Positions 1 to 7,600 of a stretch of 43,626 bases of DNA are shown one piece after another; the stretch's first letter is position 1; each line of letters starts with the position of its first letter. The position numbers and the translations under genes were made by a program. This stretch comes from Acutalibacteraceae bacterium (GTDB lineage: Bacteria > Bacillota > Clostridia > Oscillospirales > Acutalibacteraceae), in assembly GCA_045601505.1 (NCBI GenBank), contig JAZRZS010000029.1, forward strand, positions 1 through 43,626, given 5' to 3'. The notes beneath the pieces were generated by a model. The model was given only the letters and a program-made list of their open reading frames with translations. It made no database searches and was not told where the DNA came from.

Positions 1-155
1 TAAAACATTATTTTTAAAATGAAAAAGAAAAATAAAAAAAGACTTGAAAAAAGAAAAAAATGTGGTATAATAATAAGGCACTCGCAAGAGGGCAAGTGGC
101 AAAAGCCACGCGAGGCGACCTCCGCCTTAAAAAACAGAGGACAAAAAACAAATAT

Positions 156-230
<75 letters not shown>

Positions 231-231
<1 letters not shown>

Positions 232-274
232 AAACAGAAAAGCAGATGCGAATGCATCTGCTTTTCTGTTTTGG
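231..274 (+). terminator. Rho-independent terminator after the tRNA
   Basis: 19-bp stem AAAACAGAAAAGCAGATGC / GCATCTGCTTTTCTGTTTT with a GAAT loop, ending in a T-run. Confidence 0.8.
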
Positions 275-480
275 TTGCAATGAAGTCGCCCTTATGAGCT
301 ATGAAGCGTGCCTTCGGCACATTGAGAAAGAAATCGTGCGCTTTGCTTCATACGAGCGAAAGCTCGTGCTTCATATTGGCAAAGCCAATGCTTCATTTTT
401 CATTGAAAATCCTTGAAAATTATGTTATGGTTGAGGTACAATAGGGACAAAATGAAAGCAGGGATTAGTTCCCTGCTTAT

Positions 481-690
481 TTATATATCCTCATCATCTA
501 TATATTGCATGACATCTTCAACATTACATTTTAAAATTTTACAAAACATTTCTATCGTATGTGTGCTTACGCTTTCATTTCTCTTTAATCGTGTGATTTG
601 CGCAGGGCTGACACTGTATTTTTTAATAAGTGTATATTGTGTAACGCCTTTTTCTTTCATGGTTTGCCATAACTTGTTATAGGAAATCAT
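481..690 (-). CDS. XRE-family (Cro/C1-type) helix-turn-helix transcriptional regulator, 69 aa
   Basis: ATG at 690 is preceded by an AGGGAGGA RBS with an 8-nt spacer. The longer ORF start at 714 has no RBS. YNKLWQTMKEKGVTQYTLIKKYSVSPAQITRLKRNESVSTHTIEMFCKILKC is a typical HTH_XRE sequence. Confidence 0.85.
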   Translation of the reverse strand: MISYNKLWQTMKEKGVTQYTLIKKYSVSPAQITRLKRNESVSTHTIEMFCKILKCNVEDVMQYIDDEDI

Positions 691-707
691 AAATTCAATC
701 CTCCCTA

Positions 708-756
708 TTGACATATTAACCGATTATGGTATATAATGATATTAACCATTATCGGT
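708..756 (+). promoter_or_regulatory. Sigma-A-like promoter with a flanking inverted repeat (candidate XRE operator)
   Basis: TTGACA (708-713), 18-nt spacer, TATAAT (732-737). The arms AACCGATTATGGT (718-730) and AACCATTATCGGT (744-756) bracket the -10 box; their 10-nt cores match 9/10 as an inverted repeat. The site lies in the divergent region upstream of the XRE gene. Confidence 0.5.
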
Positions 757-765
757 CAGGGTATA

Positions 766-888
766 GGAGGAAAAAAAAGGAAGAAAATATTGTCATTAGT
801 ATTATCAGTAGCTATGATGCTGTCATTATCCGCTTGTGGCGGCAGTGGCAATAATTTTAACCGATATGATAAACGGCAAACAAAATAA
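766..888 (+). pseudogene. Truncated lipoprotein signal-peptide fragment
   Basis: The frame reads KKRKKILSLVLSVAMMLSLSACGGSGNNFNRYDKRQTK*, with a basic n-region, an h-region and an LSAC lipobox, then a stop about 17 codons later. No usable start codon sits at correct spacing after the AGGAGG at 765-770. An A8 run (771-778) occupies the position where a start would be expected. Confidence 0.35.
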
Positions 889-1123
889 TTATGCCGAGGT
901 TTTTGCGTCGTCAAGAAGTATATTGCATCCGCAGTTTGCAATAAATATCGCTGAAACTGCCGTTAATATGCTTACACCTACAGTGCCGAGATGTCCGCAT
1001 TTAGGGTGTGCGTTTAAATATAATGCTTATGAACATTCGTGGGATCGCCCCTGCCACGGCTCAAGATTCACAGAGGGCAGAAAACTGATAGAAAACCCTG
1101 CTACAGATGATAAAAATATGTAA
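836..1123 (+). pseudogene. C-terminal Rieske [2Fe-2S] domain remnant of an FAD-oxidoreductase/Rieske fusion
   Basis: The ORF ends ...PRCPHLGCAFKYNAYEHSWDRPCHGSRFTEGRKLIENPA. This is the CxH...CxxH Rieske signature, but the first Cys of the CPCH box is Arg (WDRPCHGS). The catalytic N-terminal domain is absent, and the ORF overlaps the lipoprotein fragment in another frame. Confidence 0.55.
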
Positions 1124-1272
1124 ATTAATAGTTTCCGTCTAAGTAATATTTACAATATACCGCTTTATGACCGTGTGGGACACCTATATGTTTATATATG
1201 TGTAAAGCAGTTGCGATTCTTTGATTCTGATAAATATTTTTGCATTAAAAAACAGAAAACTCCAGAAGAAAA

Positions 1273-1316
1273 GGTCCGTTTGCAAAAAAAGTAAACGGAC
1301 CCGTTTTTTATTTTTT
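1273..1316 (+). terminator. Rho-independent terminator
   Basis: Stem GGTCCGTTT / AAACGGACC (1273-1281 and 1293-1301) followed by CGTTTTTTATTTTTT. Confidence 0.6.
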
Positions 1317-1419
1317 GGCAAAATTCATAACAAAATGTGTATTACTAAGAACTTTTTTATACACATATTGCAATAAAAAAAACAATACTGATTTTTTTTG
1401 CCTGAAAAGAGAAAAAACC

Positions 1420-1448
1420 TTGTAAAACATAATGACTTGTGGTAAAAT
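1420..1448 (+). promoter_or_regulatory. Candidate sigma-A promoter for the giant surface-protein gene
   Basis: TTGTAA (1420-1425), 17-nt spacer, TAAAAT (1443-1448), with an extended -10 TGg. It would give a leader of roughly 190 nt before the ATG at 1645. Confidence 0.35.
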
Positions 1449-1644
1449 AAACCATGAATAATACTTACTTTTTGTCGGTAAGTCGATAGAGTTCTTTGTT
1501 TTAGGAGAACAAAGGGCGCTGTTCATTGCGTTTTAAAATTGCGTCTTGTTTGCCCATTTGGGTAGTAAAAATAAGGTGCGGCATATTTAAACGTGTGTGG
1601 ACTATTCGGTAAATTTGTTATAGTAAGAAAGGTTGTTGATAACA

Positions 1645-4600
1645 ATGAGAAGTAGCAAAAAGTCCTTCAAAAGAGTTATGGCGCTATTGTTGTCGGTGTT
1701 AATGGTTTTCGCGAACCTTAATGTGTTTGTTACAGCAGAATCTCATCAGGCAGAATTGTTTGATGTAACAGACGACGGCAAGTGGCGCGGAACTACAGGC
1801 GGTTTGGTAGCTCAGAACTACGAACTGAATGACTATGAAAAGGCGATTTTGTCTTGCTCTGGTCTTGTAGGTTCAACCTACGCTGTAGAAATCCCCACAG
1901 ACTCTACTACAGGTCTTGTATCGGTAGATGCCGATGCAGAAACAGTAACTGCAAACCCTTACGCAGTTGACGGTTTCGTTTGGGTGCCCACCGCGGCGGT
2001 GATTAAATACACCAATACGGACGGTACTGCGGGAACCGACATCAGTGTTACCTTGAAAAAGGTTGGAGAGGCGTATGTAGGTAATTTCAACAAGCCCGCT
2101 AACTCCTATCGGGTTGAGGTTACATATTCGCTTTACATACCCGAAGAGGCTTCCACACAGGAATTATTACTTAACACACCCTACTATCTGGTAGACGGTT
2201 ATATGAAGTTGAATTCCGCAGTTGAAGGTTCTCTTGCAATGGCAGTTTCTGCTATTAATGAGAAAATAGAAGAACTCCGCACCTTATACAATGGAATCAA
2301 ATATGAAGCTGTTGTTGAGGATAAAGTAGTTTACTCTTGTGTTCTTGAATTGGCTGACGGTAAAGCAAAGACCGCTATCGGCAATTTGATTGCTGATTAT
2401 GACAAGGCTGAAAACGGCGGTCGTTTAACACTTGCTAAGAATTTTGCTGATTATACAGCAGCTACAAGCAAGGTTCAGTTTATGCTTGAAAACGGCGGAC
2501 AAATCAAGAGCAACATCAAGTGGTTCTACACCCAGTTGGCTGATATTAATGCAGGCAGTCAGGATTTGTTGGATTTAGCAGACAAGATTGATGCTTTGGC
2601 AACCGGCGAAGGCGAAGGTTCTATTGCTGAAGCCAAGAAAATTATTGCCACAGAAGCCGATACTGCTCTTCAGAACACCATTATCGCTCCTGCTGTTAAT
2701 ATGGCGAAGGACGACTACAACATCGATATAAAGAGTCTAAACTTTAAGACCCGCAAGAATGATGCTATCTACAAAGAAATCGATGCTAAGCGTATTCAGT
2801 TCAATGATGTTGCTGACAAACTTGATTCTACAGCCGAAATGTATGAACTTTTGGGTGAGATCGAAGAAGCACAGAAATTCCGTGCTGATGCTGAAGCAGT
2901 TCGCACTACCGGACTTGGCGCATTAGATAAACTTGAAGCAACTATCAGAGCATTTTATACTGAAGTTGATAACACGATTGCAAAAATGGATGCAATGGCA
3001 GGAACAGCTACCGAAAAGGCTGACGATATCCGCAATATAGTTACCGGTGGAAACGGCGGCATCAGTCTGCGTCAGGTTGTTAACACTGTTCGTGATTACA
3101 ATACTGCTACATGGGCATTCTTGGGCAAAAAGCTTGTTAAGGATGATGTTACCGCTGAAGAATATGCTGAGTTAGACGTGGCTGTTAAGGCTGCTATCGA
3201 TTCTTACGGCGATCCTTTGGTTGAACAGCGTGAAGATTTTGAAATTAAGGCTGAACTTCTTGCTCACGAAACCGTGATTTCTGCAATGGTTGACCAGTTT
3301 GCAGTTCGCGTTGAAGCAAAGGCAAACGTTGTTTCTAAAGGCGCTATCGGTACAACATCATTAGTATCTCTTGATGTTCTTACCGCAGTAATCCCGATGG
3401 ATAAGGGCAGCGATGCTGATAGTATCCTTGCTGCTATCACTGCTTCAAATGTAGAAAGTTCTGCGCTTTCTGCTTGGGATACATACTATAACATTAATAC
3501 CGATAAATATAATCGTACCGTTACTATCACCGATGCTGACGGTAAGATAATTGATGAATTAGGCGAACTTAAGGGTGATATTAATTACACAATTTCTTAT
3601 ACACCCAAGACCTTTAAAATCACCGAAACCTACAAGGCAGACGGTGAAAAGGTGACCGAAGTTCCTTACGGTTACAGCTGGCGCTTGCCGAAACCTGCAG
3701 ATACCACAAAGTCTTATGACTATGAGGTTAACGGCGTTTCATACCGCGAAAACACAGTTATCCGCGTTATTGAGGATGTTGAGGTTAAGCGTTCTGAAGG
3801 TAAGGCAATTGAAGCTAAGAATCTGGCTGAAGTTGTAGCAATCAGTTTTGTTCCCGGTGCAGATCTCAGTGAACAAGAGAGGGCTGTTCTTAAGACAAAT
3901 GCCTTCGTGGTTGATTCAATCTATTTCCGCACCCCTGCAACCGCCGATAAACTTACAGAAGTTAGCGCAACCGAGTCGGGTTACTTGCTTGAAGCATTCC
4001 CGATGAGCGCAGGTTTAACCACAGACAGTGAAGCCGAATGGGTTCCTGTAAGTGCTTACCCTGTAATCCCCGGCAAGAGCGGCACAAGTTTCAATCTTGT
4101 AAAAGATGGCGACAAGTATGTTGGCGAATTTACCTGTGATCAGCTCTTCACAAGCGTTCAGGTAGTTTATGAGTTGAAGATCAGCGTTATAGATGAGGCT
4201 CTCCTCAATGATTTGGCTAACCTTGCTGATGGATTGGTTAAGGATGTTGAGGATCAGGAAAGTACACTTGACGCTCTTTGCACTGAGAATAACTTCTTCA
4301 ACAATCTTGCAAGAGTTGATGCAAAAACTCTTGGTTCGTTAGGTTCGCTTGTTGAATTAACTCCTCCTGCAAAGGCTGCCCTCAAAGCGCTTACAGAAAA
4401 CTGTATGGACTCTGAGACAGGTTTAACCAAACTTTATGAATACTTGAAAAAGTATATGGATAAAGATAACGGCGGAATCGCTTACTACTATAAAGCAGAT
4501 AATGCCGCTAAGATTATCGAGCAGATTGAATTAGTTAACGAATATTTGCCGACAATCTGGAACGATCAGCCCCTCCAGGATTACATCAATGATTATCCTG

Positions 4601-7600
4601 AATATGCAGGCGCTTTAGATAGAGTTGTTTCTGTTATAGATCAGTTAAAGACGGTTGAATTAAAACCTGTTAACAAATATGTTGATACAAACAGTGCTTA
4701 TATTGATAATTTGATTGCAACAGTCAAAGCTGCTAAGGGCAACACCTCTGCACATGATGTTTCAGATGTTGTGACAATGCAGCAGACCGTTTCTGCAGCA
4801 GCACCCGGTTTGTCTTCTTACAGCGTTGAAATTCAGGTTCTCAACAAGAATAACGGTATCGTTGAAACTTACAAGACAGAAGAGTTTGCTGCTCAGGGCA
4901 ACACCATCACTGTTGCTGATTTTGAGGCTATGTTCAACGAATTGTTGCTCAGTATTCCTAACAGCAAATACTATGTTGTAAACAAGGTTTTACCTGAAAA
5001 AGACGAAACATTAGGTAAGAATGGTCTCAATTATATTTCAACACTTACTCCCGTAGCTTATACCGTTAAGATTAACGGTTACGAAGATCAGGTGCTCTAT
5101 GCATTTGATGCTTATACCATAACACTTCCCGGTACAGGCGTTTCGGGTACAAAGTATCAATATTCAATCGGCGGTTCAACCGTTGAGGTATTCACAGGCG
5201 CGCTCGAGAATTTCTCTCTTGCAATAACAGTTGAGCAGATGGATTCACTCTTCGGTGCTGACCGTGAACTCGTTATTACACGCAAGTTGGTTGATGTTAA
5301 CAAGGATAACCTCTTGAGCTTCATCGGCAAACTTAACAATGCTTTTGCAAACTCAGGTTTAACTTTTGATAACAACCTTGCAATCGCTTTCATTCCTGTT
5401 GAAGACGCTGAAGGAAATCTTTCTGTAGTATTGCGTATCAACAGCAATGTTACAGGTTTGTCTCCCGCATCATTAGCAGCTGAAATGATGAGCCTTATCA
5501 CCGACATTTCTTATGTTGGTATCAACGGCAGTCCTTTCTTTGGTCTTAACAGCGAAAACGAACTCAAAATTTACTTGCAGACTGTTATCAATATGCTTGT
5601 AAACAGCGGTATCGGTCTTGATACATTGGTAGAGATCGTTGACGAAAACGGCGATATTAAGGAAATGCAGTTAAATGGTTCTGCCGTTAACTCAAATAAC
5701 AATGTTATCGTATTAGACAACGGCAGTGTAATTAATGCTGTTGATGCATTGGGCGGTAAGTTGATGGAATCAACCTTACAGTTTGGTGTTAACGTAAACA
5801 ATGCAACCAGCGTTCCCTTCTATGTAACATATCAGGATTTTGATACACAGGCAGACGTTCTGAAACTTGCAAGAAAAGGTGCAGCTCAGATTGTTCCTTA
5901 TCTTAATGTAAGCGGAAGAGACGGTGCTTTGAATATCACTTTTAACGCACCGGACAGTGTTTATGCTTACCTCATTTCTGCTATGTTGATTACAGGTCAG
6001 GTTGACATTGATACAATCCAGTCATACGACCTTGCAAAAGTCATAGAGTATCAATTCGATTTAATTGCTCCTATGTTTGAAAATGAGGGCGTTAGTGCAG
6101 ACAGCTTTATCAACACAATTAAGCAGACCGGCTTCTTTGATGCTGTTTCTGAAAGATTTGATATTGAAGCTCACAAGGCACTTATGAACTTCCTTTACAA
6201 CTCTGTAGATCATTTCTATGATTGCACTTCTGCAACAGGTTCTTCCGAAGGTTCATTGTACAAAGGCACTTTGACTTATGATGCATTGGATGTATTGCTT
6301 AACAGCAAGATTTCTTTGGGTGATTATTCTTCAATGATCGCTGAAAAGGATAGCGAGATAGCATTACCTATTACACTCAGACTCAAGAACCGTGAAACAA
6401 ATTATGAGGCTTTGGTGTTGGATATCCGTGCAGACGGAATTACCAACAAATACAGTATGAGTCGCAATGTTGCTGATGCTATCAAGAATGCGAAAGATGA
6501 TGCAATCATTATTATGCTTTCTGATGTTCGCAGAAATATTACAGTTAATAATGATGTCTTTATAAACCTTAACGGTTACACTATCAACGGTAACCTCACC
6601 GCTAAGGGCAGAACAACAATTGTTGACAGCACACTTGCAACCGATAAGTGCGGAAGCATAACCGGCAAGTTAACCGTTGACGGCGGCAGCCTCAAGATTG
6701 GTGGCGGTAAGTTCACTAAGGATGCCGAAGCATATTTAGAGGACGGTTATTACCTTAATAACGGCGTTGTTACCAACGGTTGCTTCAAAATTACAGAGGA
6801 AGGCGAGAACTTAAATATCTATTTAGGTACGGACTATCTCTCACTTGATAAGTCAGCTGCCAAGGTTATGGCAACCGACGTTATATTCAAGTTATTAATG
6901 AACTACTACACCTGTTCTGAACTCGTTGTAGATAATAATGTTCTTTACGCTGTTGATCTTAAGAATATCACAGAATCTCTTAATAACCTTTCTGGTTTAA
7001 TCAACAAAATTGTTGAATGTGTAAACTGCGAAAGCTCCACAAAGTTTGCTACCAAGTTTATGAACGATGTTACAAACTTCGGCGCTTTGGCAAATGCAAT
7101 TGATGACGGTACAGCATTAGTAACCTATGCTGTTCAGCACGCTGCATTTAATCCTTATGTTGATTATGTTGGCGGCGAGGATGATTTCTTCACCTTCAAC
7201 CTTTCTGCTACACAGGAAAAGAAACGTTCTGTGATCAGTGTATTCCTTGCAGATGATGTTCCTGCTCCTCATAGAAACAAGATAAGCAGTATTCTTAAGG
7301 AATTAGATGATGTAACAACCTTCGATGAACTTGAAGTTTCGATTGATGATGTTTCTTACAACTCTGGCTTTAGTTTTGAAGGTTCCGCAAAGGCAGATGT
7401 TACTGTTGATCTTTCAAGAAATATTAACTATCCTGTAATCATTGCGGCAATCCTTGCTGCTGATTCAAAGGGCGCAGAAAAGACTGCATATGTTAACGCT
7501 ATCAAGACTTATCAGACCACCAATTCTGCAACAGAACTTATGAAGGTTATCGAAAAGACACCTGCTTCTAAGTATCTTTCAGCATTGGCAACTACTAAGT

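Noticed and set aside
1308-1526. 72-aa ORF on the minus strand upstream of the giant gene
   Set aside because: It is AT-rich with Phe/Lys/Leu-biased composition and no RBS. It overlaps the terminator at 1273-1316 and the candidate promoter.
1449-1644. c-di-GMP riboswitch (GEMM-I/II) in the leader of the giant gene
   Set aside because: No GCACAGGGCAAACC / GACGCAAAGCC-type boxes or other recognisable consensus are present. I keep it only as a generic 'long leader' observation.
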